Origin: Vicugna vicugna | Taxonomy: Eukaryota | Length of the DNA stretch: 64,000 bases | Direction of reading: 5' to 3' | Assembly: GCA_013265495.1 (NCBI GenBank) | Contig: MU057487.1 | Span: 310,001-374,000 of the forward strand | In this document: one piece after another, positions 11,482 to 26,219 of the stretch | How the letters are laid out: each line of letters begins with the position of its first letter | Numbering within the stretch: position 1 is the stretch's first letter | Notes under the pieces: generated by a model | Told to the model about the DNA's origin: nothing | What the model saw: the letters and a program-made list of their open reading frames with translations, nothing else | Database searches by the model: none | Position numbers and translations under genes: made by a program

Positions 11482-13888
11482 TATACGCCATATTATTAAT
11501 ACATGAAATTTGCCTCACCTATTCCTGCAGAGATGAAGAGGTTACACACAATGTATGGAAAGTACCGTTTATAGGACTTATAAACACACAGTATCATCAG
11601 TCTTTGAGTTAAATCTCAGTAAAGATTTGCTTTTGACATTTAATTAAATTTGACAGTTATTGAGTGTGAGGGATATAAAAATGAGTAAAACATACTTCTT
11701 AATATAGAGTCTTTAAATACTGCTTAAATGGAGGGGAATAAGTCAAAGGGCCTGGTATTCTCTTGAATTTTAGATAATCATGATTCGTTTGGCTTCTGGC
11801 AACATAGATTGTGCCTTCTAAGGCGCACAGGGATGCTTGATTTGTTCTGATTTACTGTTAGATGAAGGTTTCAGCTTTTTACTTAAACTATTGTGGAATT
11901 ATCCACCACATTATAAGTACTCAAAGATACTCTTTTATTACTTACATTCTGTGGATGATTGGGGAGGAAATAAAAAGGAAGCACCATATTTTTGTCCCTC
12001 TCATATTTTCAGATTGAACTGTAATATAATAGATGTAATTATATAATTGATACAACAATTATATAACAGAAGTCATTTTTCTATGACAGTAAAACCTTCA
12101 TGGCACACATTGCTTTTCCTAACCAGTTTTCACCTTCTATGCCTTGTAATTTTTCCTAAGGTATCTGTCAGCTATAAAATATCCTATGCATAAGCAGTTC
12201 CCTACTTGATCTCCACAGAATGTTAGGTCTGACGTGTTTCATCTCAGGAGACATAGAAATTCATTTCCCATATTTATGGAAAAGAAAACAAAAAAGAAAG
12301 ACTTTGGAAGCAGTCGTTAGACTCAAAGAGGCATTGGGAAATTCAGTGTACACTGGGGTGCAACATCCGTTTTTTGTATTTGTTTTTTAATGGTCTACCA
12401 GAAATGTTCCATAGCAAGAGCAGGACAAAGACAACTACCAGAACAGTGGGTGTATTTTCCCTCTAGAGGCTTATTGGGACTGTGTGGTTGTAGGAGAGGG
12501 ATGTCTGGGTCCCAATTAGTGTCACCAACAGTCCTCTCCCTTATCTTCTGTGGTGGGGAATTGTGTGGGTCGGTGTGGAAGACAAGTGACAGGCAGGAGT
12601 GGCTGTGGGTGGGTGAATGGGGAGAGCTGAATGCTGGCTAAGTGGCCAAGTGGAGAGACAGGAATGCGGAGAAGCAGACTTGCTTTGGGTCTGGGCTAAG
12701 CTTCCAATACAGGTAGGACCCTGCCTGTCTTGTTTATGCTGTATTTTGGGAGATCAGTACAGTGCCTGGCACACATCAGCCATTTTCAAAAAACATGTTA
12801 AATGATTGTTTACTATAAATAACTGTTCGCGCAATTATGCCAACTATTTTGAAGAAGTTGAAATTTAGTAAATAGGATTAGTAATGTTTAGATGAGTTTC
12901 TTGGTTCTAGCATATCTTGCTCATAACTGGCACATAAGAAAGTTTGTGTCCAGCCTCTAGCACTGATATTGAGATAAGCATTATAGATTTTAATACTTGA
13001 AATACATTAGAAAGGACTGAGAACACTGAAGTTTTTTAATTTTTACGAACTCATACTTCTGTTTTCACATTTTTGACTTAAATGTTTTTCCCTGAGAAAG
13101 AGGACTCACTCCATTCAAAATTGAAGTTACTCCAAAATTATGATTCTCAGTTCCTAACGTATTACCTGGCTTATTCCTCCTTTTGTAAATACCAACTTTT
13201 GGACTGAAACCCTAAGTACAAATATAATAAGACTATGATGCAGTTGTGTGTGTCTGTGAATTTAAGGGAACAGAACTTAAGGTGTGCTTATTTTCTGAGA
13301 CATGTAGACAGCATATAGAGCAATAAATTATTTCTCTCAGCAGCAGTAAAGGTGGATAATCTTTGGTTTTGCGTTTGTAAATGAAATGAAATAAAAATGA
13401 CTGCCAACAAAAATGGGAACATCACTGTACTGAAATAACTTGGAAAAAATGGAAACAGAATTGCCAGTACTAAAAGAAATGCCTGTTTCCTCTGTTTAGT
13501 GAATTTTAGGATTTTTATTTATACACATAAGGCATTAGTAAAAAGGCAAAACAATTGAATTTAATCAATCACTAAATTATTTTGAGGGAAGCAGTTAGAG
13601 AATAATCAGTGAGAAAAACCTAGCTGATTCATTAGTTATTAACATATTTACTGTTTATATGAATTCAGTCCTACTCAAACCATACAAAAATGCTTTCAAA
13701 TAATATACTCTTGTAATTTGTCCATTTTCTCCTCAAACTTGCTTTTGTGTGTGTAATCACTGTCAGATTAGAAATCCTATATCTTGTCTCTGTGAACAAT
13801 GGAAAAGCTGATATATTTTGAATGTTGTATCTTTCCACAAAATTAATTAATTTTTAATTTTTTTTTTTAAAAACCATCTGCATGGCAC

Positions 13889-14185
13889 CAGGGACCAAAA
13901 CCCGTAATATCTACAGAGGACAGGTGGGTGAGGATAAAACGGGGTGGCTGACCATGTGGGACCTGAGGGAGCAGGAGAACAGGTGCCATGTCATCTCCAG
14001 CAACTGTAGCTGTGGGAGAATGTGGGCTGGCTGGTGCCAGATCTCTTCTTTCAAGAAAAGCTAGAAATTGGAATTTCGATGCGAAATGTCTCTATCTTTA
14101 AATTTCAGCAACCAATTAGTTTTTAAAACATCATGTAGACCAAGCAAAGCCTAAGTGTGCCCTGGCTGCCAGTTTGTGACCACTG
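13889..14185. mobile_element. MER102-like hAT-Charlie element
   Basis: 'tgccagatctcttctttcaagaaaagctagaaattggaattt...gcaaccaatt...ggctgccagtttgtgaccactg'. Confidence 0.65.
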
Positions 14186-15024
14186 CTTTAGTTGAGCAGA
14201 TGTAGTCAGAACAGCACCACCCTAGGGGCTGGATACTTTGGGTTCTAACTAAGCAAGAACTAAATGTGGGGCCTTGGGCAAGTCTCTCTCATTTTTAAAA
14301 TTATGGATTTGGGCCAAATGATATATAATTCAGTGTCTTTTCAAGTTTCACAGCATCTATGATTGTATAAGGAGCCATTAACTGATCTTCTCATTCATTA
14401 CCATTCTTATTTTCACTGTGACTTATGTGATTTCCCCAAATATTTGAAATCTGCCTACTATTGGCCTCTCTGAGAGCTGTTTATGAACATTTGTTGAAAC
14501 TGACCAGAGAAAATACTGTCAACTTGTCTCTGAGTCGAAGCACATTGTTAGCAGAGTTGCAGAACTTGGCTATCTCCTGCTGTAGTAAACATATTAATAA
14601 GCTCTCACCAGAAGAACTGTGAACAGATGCAGTTCTTGAAAACACAGTGTCCTTGTCACATTTACTCGTCTGTCTCTCCTCATGAGGCAAGACTTGCTTG
14701 TACTATCCTAGCAAATGCTCTCCCTTTTTGTCATAACCAGACCATAGTTCAGGAATTCACTAGAAACATCATTGTAACCAGTATCTTTAATATACAGATC
14801 CAAGCCCTAGGGGCAGACACACAATAACATAAAATGACAAGTTCCTCCCCCCCTTTTTCATTCTGTCACATAATTTCTTTTATTTTATCACATAATTCCT
14901 TGGAGCCAGAAATAAGAATAGTACATTGCCTTTGTACCCACTTTTCAATGTGACATTTCAGGTGCTTCAAATATAATAAATGTATCCATATAACATATCT
15001 TATGTGGTAAATTGGGAACCATCC

Positions 15025-15250
15025 CCAGTGTAGCGGAACAACTTAGGCATTATACTTAAGCACCTCTGTCTTTGCTGATAACTAGCCTGGCAACCTTGAA
15101 AATTGCATACCTTTCTGAATTTCCATTTTTTTTCATCTATAAAAATGCTTCTTAAAAAAATTCCCATCTCATAGAGTTGTGGAGATCACAGGAAAGCAAT
15201 TAGATGTGAAAGTACTTTGCAAAACACAAAGCACTGTATGTCAGTGAGAT
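15025..15250 (+). mobile_element. MIR SINE
   Basis: 'cagtgtagcggaa...ttttcatctataaaa...ctcatagagttgtggagatca...atgtgaaagtactttg'. Confidence 0.6.
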
Positions 15251-15846
15251 AACATGCTAATCAATCACTTACCTCATTCCAACATGAGGAATGGAAGTAC
15301 AAATTGAATAAACCAGCTTGTTGGATATTGCATGCTGCAGCTGTAATTCTTTGGGATTTGGAATTGGCCAAATTCTCTTCTCTCATTCCTTCTTCCTGCC
15401 ACTTAATACTATCTCTTATATCTTAACTGTTTAATTCATTTGTCACTGGATACATGGAATCAAACTTGGAATCTCAGAGAAAAAAGGTCTTGTTCCTTGA
15501 ATGACCTTAAAAATATTCCATTGGATTTATTCTTTAAAAAGAGTTGTGTCTAATCTCCATTTTTTTTCCTTCTCTGGACTTCCAGTTTTTCTACATTAGT
15601 GTTAGAATTGAGGACCTTGAGGGATTGTAATGTCATATACACAATTATTTAGAGAAAACATTATTATCTTCTTTTCACTAAATCTTACATAATAAACAGT
15701 TTTCTAAGTTTCTATCTAGTATTGATATCTGCAATTTAAAACAGTGGCATGATATTTGAGAACTGGATGTACTAAAATTCCCTTCATTTTAAGTACTCAG
15801 GATATTTCTGGTCAGTTTTTTTTGTTTGTTTTTCCTCATATATATT

Positions 15847-16035
15847 CAGTAGTATGCTGCTCTCCAGAACATTTCTCTAAAAGCCCTGATTTGCAGCACT
15901 TACAGTTTTAATGGTGTAAATTCTCCCACCATATTTGAGGCCAAGCTAATGATTTTATGTCACTGAACTTAGAGTTGGGTAGAGATATGCCTGATGAGAT
16001 CTTACGAGACAGTAACCAGCCCATAAGTACATAGT
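15847..16035. mobile_element. MER63-like hAT-Blackjack element
   Basis: 'gccctgatttgcagca...atggtgtaaattctcccaccat...tgtcactgaac...agagttgggtagagatatgc'. Confidence 0.6.
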
Positions 16036-17140
16036 ATTATGATAAACATATTAGTAAATGTGGAAAGGAAAAAGCTCTAAGTAGTAAAGGTATTTTAGTA
16101 TCATAGTTTCTGAGCTGCCACATGACAGAGAGTCCCCCAAACCTCTGGATGTTGCTTCACTGTCCTCTGGTAGCCACTGCTACAGGAGAAAAGTTTATGG
16201 AAAGCCCGATTTGATTTCTTTTGAAGGTGAGTTTATTTATTCATTTTTTTCAGCTTGGATGCTTGTAGCATTTCTGACGTATGAGAAAATAAAACTTACC
16301 AGCATGTACCTAGATTGTCAGAGGCCCCGCTGCCCACGTTTTGTGCATAACCTTGTAAATCCTCTCGGTTTCCAGGTCTCCTACTAGTTCTGGTTGTTGC
16401 TCTTCTGTTTGTTGTTATTTCTGCCGCCCCATTGTCTTCTTCGTGGAAGGGATTGCTGTTCCATGTCTTGTTGTGCATGTCTCTTTTAACTTTTGTCTTT
16501 TATTTTTCATCATTTTTAGTTTATTTTCACTCTATACTTAGGTTTGTTAACTGTATCATCAATTTAGTTTTCTACCGTGCCTATTTTGTTTTTGTTTTTC
16601 CTCCAATGTGATTTTTTTGGGTCTATCACTCTATGTTTTATTTGGCTATAATCTGTTCTTATCCTTTTCTCTTACCTCAGTCAATTCTTGTTTAATAGGA
16701 ATGATACACTTTTAAAACCCTCATTTTTAAACAACAAGTAGATATTTTCTAAAACCGCCTTACATTTCCTCAGAAGCTATTTTTAAGGCTCCCTACTCCC
16801 TGCCATGCCTTTAGAGTATTGTTCTTTTTCTTCCTGCACTACAAATTTTCTTTCATGGACGCATGCTGACTATGTTTCCTGTTGCCCATCTTTGCGTAAG
16901 GCTAAGTCTGACCAGGTCTGAAAGGTCAAGGCAACCAACAGGCAGGACTTTCCTTAGAGCTCAGTGTCTCCTCCTCTGCCAGCAACGTCCGTGTGCAGAC
17001 CTGAGACAGGAGGGCAGGCTGATTTCAGAGCACCAGGCACTCCTCTAGCACAAAGTGTCACCAGAGCAGGTGTTCGACAAGTGCTAGGTTCTCCTAGCTG
17101 TGCAAGGACTGGTCAGACTTCAAGTTGAGGGGGAAATTCT

Positions 17141-17211
17141 ATTTGTCTTTTTTCTTTTTTAATTGAAGTATAATCAGTTACAATGTGTCCATTTTTGGTG
17201 TACAGTATAAT
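17141..17211 (-). mobile_element. ~70-bp extreme 3' L1 fragment with 17-bp TSD
   Basis: 'ttaattgaagtataatcagttacaatgtgtcc...gtacagtataat' flanked by gttgagggggaaattct (17124-17140) and gttgaggggaaaattct (17212-17228). Confidence 0.85.
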
Positions 17212-17822
17212 GTTGAGGGGAAAATTCTTTAAAAAGAGCTTGGATTGCTTCTTAATACTGTTTCCTAATTGAGTCTTATCAATTTGAGAGTTTGTAGAAA
17301 TGTATTTTTTGTGAGTTTTTGTTTTTGTTTTCTTTAGTTTGTAGATATGTTGACTGGATTCTAGAAGGTCATTTTCTTTGTATTAACTAGTTTCTAAACT
17401 TGTAAGAACATTTTTTCTTTTCAATTTGGACATTTTCTTGGCCATTTTAATAGGGATCAGGAAGGAAGCTTACTGTTAGTTTTATTTTCTGATCTATATA
17501 AACTCTATACTCAGTTTCTCCTTAGAAAAAAGTCACCGAGGTTTGTTTGTTTTGTTTTCTACTTCATATTTTACTTGTATAGTTCCACATACACAGCAAA
17601 GCAGGATGATTGTTCAGAGCTATGTTTTAGACTTTTATTTTAGCTCAGCAGCCACTTCCAGGCTACATGATACATCATACCATTCATCAACATTATGGAT
17701 CCTTAGGTACTTATGTTGCACACTGAGGTCAAGGACAATCATACATACTCCACTGGAATCACTGCAAATTCTATATTAATAAGACAGGAGTTAATGATAT
17801 TTAAATGCATTGCATACTCAAG

Positions 17823-18133
17823 TACAGTCAACTAATTATCTATGCCAATTAAGAGGTGCAGTGTCACAGAAATATAAAGCAATCCAGAAATCATTTATGC
17901 ATTATTTTCGATTCATATGCATTACAACTTTTCCCTGTTTCATATTTGCATAATTACAATTTCACCTAAACTTATATGCAAATTATCCTGGAATCTCTGA
18001 GAACATACCAAGTGCCTAGATTAGCATGCTAGTTCACAACCAAAAGGAAAAAAAAAAAACAAAAAACAAGCCAGGATACAAAATTCAAAGTGGATAATTC
18101 TCAAAATGGATAATCTGCAAATAGTTCAGAACT
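17823..18133. mobile_element. Possible ancient Tigger-like DNA transposon
   Basis: Starts 'tacagtcaactaattatc'; 'ggataat' repeats near the other end; weak. Confidence 0.3.
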
Positions 18134-19114
18134 GGCAAGTCCTCTCCAGGAGTCTGTAAGAGTTCTTGGAATGATGCACGTGTGTGCATTTGCATGTGTG
18201 TATGTTTTTCTGTATTGAAGGTGTACTTAATATTGGACATAATTGTATTAGTTTTAATTGTGCTATGTATTTTTCCATAGCATCAAAATGAACAAGACTT
18301 GTTACATGGTTTTCATCTAAATTCATTAGGTCTATTTTTGTAGATTACTTTAATCTAATTTAAAACTCTTTGATTCATAAATATATTAAATAATATGATA
18401 TTTAACACTATACTCTGCAATTCTGTACCGGTGTTCTATCCATGCTTTCTGTATTTTCAGAACATATTCAAACATATGACAACATTTGAGTTATTTTTTC
18501 TAAAATGTGATGCTTTTCCTGATTCTTAGTGTATATCTGTCCAACTCCCTTGATCCACTAATATTAAATTCCTCACAAAAACAAAAAAAGCAGGAGTCAA
18601 ATTTGTCCTCTTTAAATTTTTCTTTTTAATTATGAATATTCAACAATCATGATATTTACAGATTTTTTTCTTGGCATTAATATACTTAAGCCATCATTAT
18701 CTAAGTGCTAGATGGCAATTAGCACACTGTTTTACCTCATTAAAAACAGTTGCCAAAGTTACTAGATAGTTTTTAAGATCTGAAATTTTTGTGATTAATA
18801 CTTTAAAATTTTAATTTTGAAACTGTTTTAATATAAAAATATATACTAAATTGCCCTTTCAGCTTGTATCATCTAGGAAAAGCAACTTTCAGTTCTGAAC
18901 TCCTCCTTGATCTCCAAATGGCTACTTTAAATGCCTTAATTGGAATCCTATAAAAATATGTTCAAAATTTTCTTTATTATCAGATCCTTTATTAATTTTT
19001 AGAGTTAATTTTGGAGGAAAATGTAGTGATTCTGTGCTGGCATGGGCTTAGTCTGTGCGTGAACCACATTCAGATCTACTTGCACTCAGTGTCCCAAAGC
19101 CGAGTGACCGGGCA

Positions 19115-19325
19115 GCCCTGCACAATGGTATACAGCACAGTTTCTGAAGTCAGGCTGCCTTTGGTCCAAATCCTGACTCTGCCCCTTATTGAAGAAGTTC
19201 TTTAACCTCTCTGTGCTTCCATTTCCTTGTCTCTAAAGTGGAGATAATAATCATCTTACCTTTCAGGATAATTAACTGACAGACAGTTCAATGAGATAGT
19301 GCCTGCCACACAGTGCCTCATTGTA
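19115..19325 (+). mobile_element. MIR SINE
   Basis: 'tccaaatcctgactctgcc...ttaacctctctgtgcttccatttccttgtctctaaagtggagataataat'. Confidence 0.75.
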
Positions 19326-20320
19326 GAATTTGTTCCCATTGTTTTTATCCATTCAATAAAAGTGGGATACCCTACATAAATTACATTTTTTAAAAAAGGG
19401 CATTTATTGACTCATGATGCTGGGCTATGAGCAAGAGGAGAGGCAGAGTCCACCACCCCAGATCAACATGAAATGAGATTTCCAAAATGAAGAAGGGAGT
19501 AGTCCAGGGAGGAGAAGGCAGAAGAAATGCTAGGCAATTCAAAGCAACAGGTCTCCAGTCCATATGTGGAGATGTTATAGGAATCATAAAGGAAAAACAG
19601 CAAGACTAGTCCTCCTTATTATCAGAAATAATATTTTATGCAAAAGGGATTCGTCTTGTTCCATATGGTTTTAGAGATCAAGAATAGTACATACGGGGAG
19701 GAATTTCAGGACATCAGATTCCTCTAATTTAAGGGGAGAAAAACCAAACTAGTATTCTGAATGTCTGTGAGACACCTGTTGCTGGTAAAGACTTTTAAAC
19801 AGAGATCTAAAATCATTTTCTAAAGAAAAGATTATACCTAATAATATACAGGGATGGAGAGGTAACAGTAGATAAATATGTCTAATTCTATGACTCCTAC
19901 AAATATGGGACATTTAGGGAACAATCTCAGGTCTTTGAGTCATTGCTCTGTTAACATGTATGATACTTAGTCTTCTAAATTTCTAATGAAAATGTTGACG
20001 TTTTTATTCAACATTTGATTTCTTTGAGCTATAGTTTAGAAGTAATTTCGCTTTTGTCTTTCATATTTCATTACATACAGTCTAATCCTTGCTAATCCAT
20101 GCTTACTGGAGACTGGGAGAGTCCAGAAACATAACTGACTCTCAAAGCCCATTTTGCCTAATAATGGCAACTGGACTAGTGAACTTATGAATTTCTGGCA
20201 TGATACTCCTGACTCTGGCATTAATAAATTTCACTGAGAGAATAATTTATTAATTGATTTCATGTTAATGAACTGGTTACATTTGCCCATCAACAATGAC
20301 TCTTCATAAGTGAATTCCTT

Positions 20321-21506
20321 TTTTTTCTTTCTTTAGAATTTGTATTTTTATTAATTGAGGTATAGTCAGTGTACAATGTTGTGTCAATTTCTGGTGTATA
20401 ACACAATGCTTCAGTCATACATGAATATATATCATGAATATATATTCATTTTCATATTCTTTTTCACCATAAGCTACTACAGATACTGAATATATTTCCC
20501 TGTGCTATACAGTCTAAACTTGTTTATCTATTTTATGTATACCAGTCAGTATCTGCAAATCTCGAACTTCCAGTTTATCCCTTCCCACCCTCCGGCAACC
20601 ACAAGTCTGTATTCTATGTCTGTGAGTCTGTTTCTGTTTTATATACAAGTTCATTTGTCTTTTTTTTAGATTCCACATATTAGTGATAGCATATGATGTT
20701 TTTCTTACTTCACTTAGAATGATATTCTCCAGGGCCATCCATGTTGCTGCAAATGACATTATTTTATCATTTTTTATGGCCGAGTAGTATTCCCTAGTAT
20801 AAATAAACCACAACTTCTTTATTGACATCTGTCGGCGGACATTTAGGTTGTTCCCATGTCTTGGCTACTGTAAATAGTGCTGCTGTGAACACTGGGGTGC
20901 AGGTGTCTTTTTGAATTAAGGTTTCCTCTGAATATATGCCCAGGAGTGGGATTACTGGGTCATATGGTAACTCTATTGTTAGTCTTTGGAGGAATCTCCA
21001 TACTTTTTTCCACAATGGCTTCACCAAACTGCCTTCCCACCAACAGAATAGGAGGGTTCCCTTTTCTCCACACCCTCTCCAGCATTTATCATTTGTGGAC
21101 TTTTGAATGATGGTCATTTTGACTGATGTGAGGTGATACCTCACTGTAGTTTTATTTTGCATTTCTCTGATAATTAGTGATATTGAGCATCTTTTCATTT
21201 CATGTGCCTGTTGGTTATTCATATGTCTTTATTGGAGAATTGCTTGTTAGTTCTTCTACCCATTTTTGGATTGGGTTATTTGTTTTCTTCTTATTAAGTC
21301 GTATGAGCTGTTTCTATATTCTGGAAATCAAGCCCTTGTCAGTCTCATCTTTTGCAAATATTTTCTCCCATTCCGTAGGTTGTCATTTTGTCTTGCTCAT
21401 TGTTTCCTTTGCTATGCAAAAGCTTGTATTTAATTAGGTCCCATTTGTTTGTTTTTGCTTTTATTTCTATTGCTTGGGTAGGCTGCTCTAGGAGAACATT
21501 GCTGAG
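20321..21506 (-). mobile_element. 5'-truncated L1 (~1.2 kb) with degenerate 15-bp TSD
   Basis: ORF 20794-21222 is L1 ORF2 C-terminal domain ([16 protein letters not shown]...[14 protein letters not shown]); TSD ataagtgaattcctt (20306-20320) / ataaatgaattcttt (21507-21521). Confidence 0.95.
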
Positions 21507-21821
21507 ATAAATGAATTCTTTATAAAGACTTGTCTATTTATTGCTCAAATATTTATTCAATATGATATATGCATTAAATATTCTGTGGAAGAATTTTAGA
21601 CCTATTTCACTTTAGACCTATTTCAGCCACTATTATTCTAAAGATGTTATAGACATATATTTTGTTTATCTTTGTGGTTCTTTGACTATAATTTAGAATC
21701 AATTATCAAACATATCTGTGTCCTTTTGGAGTGTTTAAAATTTATTTGAATGGGACAGAACAAATTAATAGAATCACTATTATGATTATCCAAGTAAGAA
21801 AGAGCTTTTTTAAAGAAACAT

Positions 21822-21908
21822 TTTATTTTTTAACATTTTTTATTGAGTTACAGTCATTTTACAATGTATCAAATTCCAGTGTAGAGCACAATTTTTCAGT
21901 TATACATC
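21822..21908 (-). mobile_element. Short L1 3' end
   Basis: 'ttttattgagttacagtcattttacaatgtatcaaattccagtgtagagcacaatttttcagttatacat', similar to the 3' end of the L1 at 48189. Confidence 0.8.
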
Positions 21909-23155
21909 AATAAGTAATTACACATGATCCTCAGTCAAGTTATTTGAAATCATCTTAAACTATTTAAATGGTTTCAAAATAGGTTATAATTAACCTACCT
22001 ACCACAAGTTCTTTTTATAAAAGCAAAAGCATAGGGTAAAGACTAGGTTTAGATTTTCCTCATATAAAAAGAAAGCCCTGTTAAATTCTTTAAAAACAAA
22101 CAGGAGGAAAACAACAACAACCACAAGATTCCAAAGATGAAGGACTTGGAAAGAAAATCCCACAAATGACTCTGCAAATAATTCTTAAAGGGCTATTAAA
22201 ACAGTCAGTTCCCCAAATCTTACTGTTCATATTATGACATGATAAAATGACAATGAAGCAATGTTTTAAATTCTAATAATAGGAAAAATGATGTTTTGTC
22301 TTACTCTTACTGATTTGGTTTTGCTCGGTTCTAATCATGTTCTAGGGTTTAAAGGGGGAGAAGTAATAAAGCTCTTTGTGTTCCAAAAGGTGACTTATAG
22401 CTTCTCTACAAAACAACTCTTAGTTATTGGCAATAATTGGTAAGATTCACAGAAACTCAGGGAATTTAAGTACCTTTGACTCTCCAAATAACTCTGTTCA
22501 GATTTCGTGATGTGATAAATGATATCAATGCATTCAGTTTTTCTGTTTTTTTTCCTCCTCCTCCTGAGGTTAGAATTAAAATCTGTTTGCAAGATAGGGA
22601 GAGAAGACCCAGGAATGTGACAAGTTGTGATGAATGTCTATTTGGAATTAAAATTCAGGCCACAGCTAATCTGAAAAATGGGTAATCAGATAATTGCAAA
22701 TTATCTGTCTTGAAAAACATAATTGCTGTGAACCCATGGTATAGCCTACCCAACTGAAAGTATATCAAAAAAGGAAACTCTATATCATGCATCAGAAAAT
22801 ATTGTGAAGTAGTAAAGGAAAATAATTAGCTTGAATAACTTGAGATTCTAATTCTACTTTGCGATTATATTTACTTACCCGAACAAAATATGATTTTTAC
22901 CCAATAACACCTTCTTATTAAAAAAAAACATTACTTATTTAACCCAACAATCCTTGAACATCAATTGATAATTACATGTTATTTTAAAAAGTATTTTAAA
23001 AATCAAGGCTATGCTTTCTTTTAAAATTTTAGTATGAAATTTTTGTTACAAGTGTGCTATGTGGAATTTCTGTGCTTCTTGACCTCTGTGTTTCTTAGAA
23101 GGCTTCTAAGTTCCTAACAGTTTTTGAACTATTGAACTTATGGTCATTTGATATC

Positions 23156-23320
23156 AGTGGGATCCCAAACATCAAAATCACATGTGGCATTTTGAAATAC
23201 AGAAATTATTAGACTCCTTTGTAGACCTACTAAAAGCAGAATATCCAGAAGTAGAGTCCCAAATTATATGGCTTTTTAAACTTTCCTAGTAAATTTTACC
23301 TTATTCTTGGGGACCCTTGA
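23156..23320. mobile_element. MER5B-like hAT fragment
   Basis: 'cagtggg...catcaaaatcac...agacctactaaaagcagaatatccagaagtagagtccca'. Confidence 0.45.
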
Positions 23321-23949
23321 TCTTATGTATAACTCTTAGGACACTTATATCTTAATTCAGTGGTTCTTTTTTGGCCATTTAATTAAATCTCTTTTACCAA
23401 GTTTTAAGCTTCTGAACAATAATGCTCACATTACATTACATTAATGCCGAGGTTTTAAAAAAGTCTTCTAAAATAACTTGCACATGTTAAACATTAAAAA
23501 TATTTTTGTCACTGACTGATTCTAGGTTGTGTTTTGAGTAAGGAATATGAGAGTGTTTTTTAAAAAGAAATGCAGATAATATTCTAATATATTAAAATAT
23601 ATCCTATTCCATGTATAATTGTTAACATAAATTATTCAGATTCCCTGGGGGCCAGTTTTCAGTCTCATCCACTGGGCTTCCTTATAATCAGTGTCCTGTT
23701 TATAGAATAATTTTAATAAAGCCCATGAGTTAAGTTTATTTCTACCCTTAACTGTGTTTAAATAGTAACTGTGATTCAAGTTGAATTTTAAATGTGGATG
23801 TAATATTTTCATATGATGAAAGATTCTTAATGTTGTCTTATGAAAGTTGTGGAAACTCCTGGGAAGTCAATGAAGCAATCTACATTGAAGTTTAATATGC
23901 TTTTTTTGTACCCACCATCACCATCACCACCATTTCTTCCCCTACCACT

Positions 23950-24155
23950 GTTGTTTACTATATCCTGAATGCTATGCAAGCTGTTTTAAATATATTAGCT
24001 AATTTGCTCTTTATAACAACTCTACTAGGGTGAATGAAACTGAGGATTAGAGAGTTTAATTGGCTTGCCCAAGGTAGTACAGCTATGAAGTAGGGGAGCT
24101 GGAATTTGAACCATCATATCCAAAGCTCATCTGTATCTACTGTATTCTTCTGCCT
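23950..24155 (-). mobile_element. MIR SINE
   Basis: 'gaaactgaggattagagagtttaattggcttgcccaaggt...gagctggaatttgaacc'. Confidence 0.7.
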
Positions 24156-25799
24156 GATAATCACCCCCAAACCTAGTAAAAGTGTTTATTTGCCATGTTC
24201 CAGTTTCTGTGTTTGACCTTGGGAAAACCAAGATAAATAAGACCTGATCTCTACCCTTGGGGAGCTGATGATCTCAGAGAAGGCCCTCAAAACACTTCTC
24301 CATCTTGCCTCCAGTGCTCTTAAAGTTATTTTTTTCCCTCTAATGAGTTTATTACTTAATTGTCACCTGGTCCAATTTTTAAGGCCAGTTAAAAATATCC
24401 TAGAAAGCTCTCACAAAGCTTAAAGCATAAAGAATGTAAGTAAGAGAATACATTAGGAAGAGAATGGGCACATTTTGAGCACTGAATACATGTGATTTCA
24501 TTTAAAACTTAGAGCAATCTTGTGGTGTGTATTTTATATAAGATTTATTAAGGGAAAAAAATAAGACTCGTAGGGGTTAAGAGATATGGTGAAGGTCACT
24601 AACTTGTAAGTAGAAGTGCCAAGATTTTAATCTTGCCTGGCATCCAAAGCATTTTTGCATTTCCTTTGGAATCATGCGCTCTCCATCTCCCATGTGGTTT
24701 AGGTGCCTGATTTCTAATCTGGCAACCATGAAAAAGGGAGAGTTCCCTGGGGAAAATGAGATTTAAAGTGCAGGTTAAAGTTTTGCTGTTGTACTTGGTA
24801 AATTAGTAGAATCTATGTTAAAATACTTTTAAGATGTAAAAGTAAGAGGAAGCAAAAGCAGACTTAAATAAACTTTGTTCTGACATCCATCCAGTAAAAA
24901 TTACTGCTAAACCTATTTGTCAATGCTAGGCAGCAGAATCCTGCCCTTATTAGTCATTCGTGAATCCACTTGGTTCAAATGCCTCTCTAAATGTTAATCA
25001 GGATTTATTAGCCTGAGACCTTGTAACATAAATATTAGTTGAAAATGGCCGAACTTACAACATGTAATGAAAACTATAAAGACTTAACCAAAGTGTAATC
25101 ATATGCAGCAGTTATAAGTACTATAAGGCAAAGTTTGATATAAACATCTAATTCTCATTCACTAAGGAACTATTGAAAATTTAGCCTTATGGGGCTGCAG
25201 GAATCACTTGCTTTCAGTGTATCTGGATTTCTTTTCCAAGTTTGCAGTCGTTCTCTTTGTTCATTCTGTTCTTGCTGGTCTGCTTCTTTACATCAAGGTT
25301 ATTCTTACATTGACAGGAAATTCTTGGGCTCTGTCCATGTGATTATTATTCAAAGGTCACTTTAAGTACAGAATCTTTCTAGATTGTTTTTTAAGGGGGT
25401 TATTTCTAATATAGTTCTGGTAGATAAATTCCATCTTAGTTATTCTCTTCACTATAACGCTTTAGCAGTGCCCTGGACTGTTATCCACTGTCCCATGTTC
25501 TTCTCTGTGGCAGAAGGAAGGAATTTTACTCTGTTTACTTTCTGGTAGAAGAAATTCCAAATAGTAATTGAAGCTAGAAATGGACTTCATGTTATGCAGA
25601 ACTATGGATGTCACATGACTTCATACTTAATATTGTTACATACTTTCCTTCTCTTAGGCAATTCTGGAGTTTTCTCTTTAATCACATTTATTTTCCCTAA
25701 AATCATGTGGGCTTAAAAAGCAAGACTTTTTGGAAAAGGTAGCATGGTTTCTATAAGAGGAATGGACCATTATTAAGATCTGTTTTTTTTTTTCAGTCC

Positions 25800-26219
25800 T
25801 CTTATGTTGGGTCCCTAGGAAGCATACTCTGTGATGAAGATTAGCCTGCAGAAAGTTTATTAGAAAAGCTTCTGAGAGCCACATCTCTGAGGGAAAGTGA
25901 AGAAAGGAAACAGGATTGGGTAGAGGGACAACGATGTAGCCACATCAAAGCCTCAGCCAACCAGACAGGGAGCTCTGCAGGGGGGATATTGTACCCCTCA
26001 ATGGTGTATTCAGTTAGGGTGAGGGACTGGCTTTCATACCTCTGCATTGTCATTGGTTGCAGGCTGCCCTTGAAATCAACTTTGGGTAAGGGAAGTCTTT
26101 CAGTGGAGGCAATTCTAGAAAAAGGTTGACAGCTGAGAGCTGTCTCAGTAGTAGAGGAATAAATCTGTCAGTCATTGCTAAAGACAGGATCTTGGCAGCA
26201 CAATGCAACATCCATAACA
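25800..26219 (-). mobile_element. ERVL solo LTR (LTR16-like)
   Basis: 'ttgggtccctaggaagcatactctg...gcagaaagtttatt...aggattgggtagaggga...gcctcagccaac...cattggttgcaggctgccc...catccataaca'. Confidence 0.65.

Noticed and set aside
16205..16233. Recursive splice site ttgatttcttttgAAG|GTGAGT
   Set aside because: AAG rather than YAG, short pyrimidine tract, probably within degraded L1; unsupported without RNA data.
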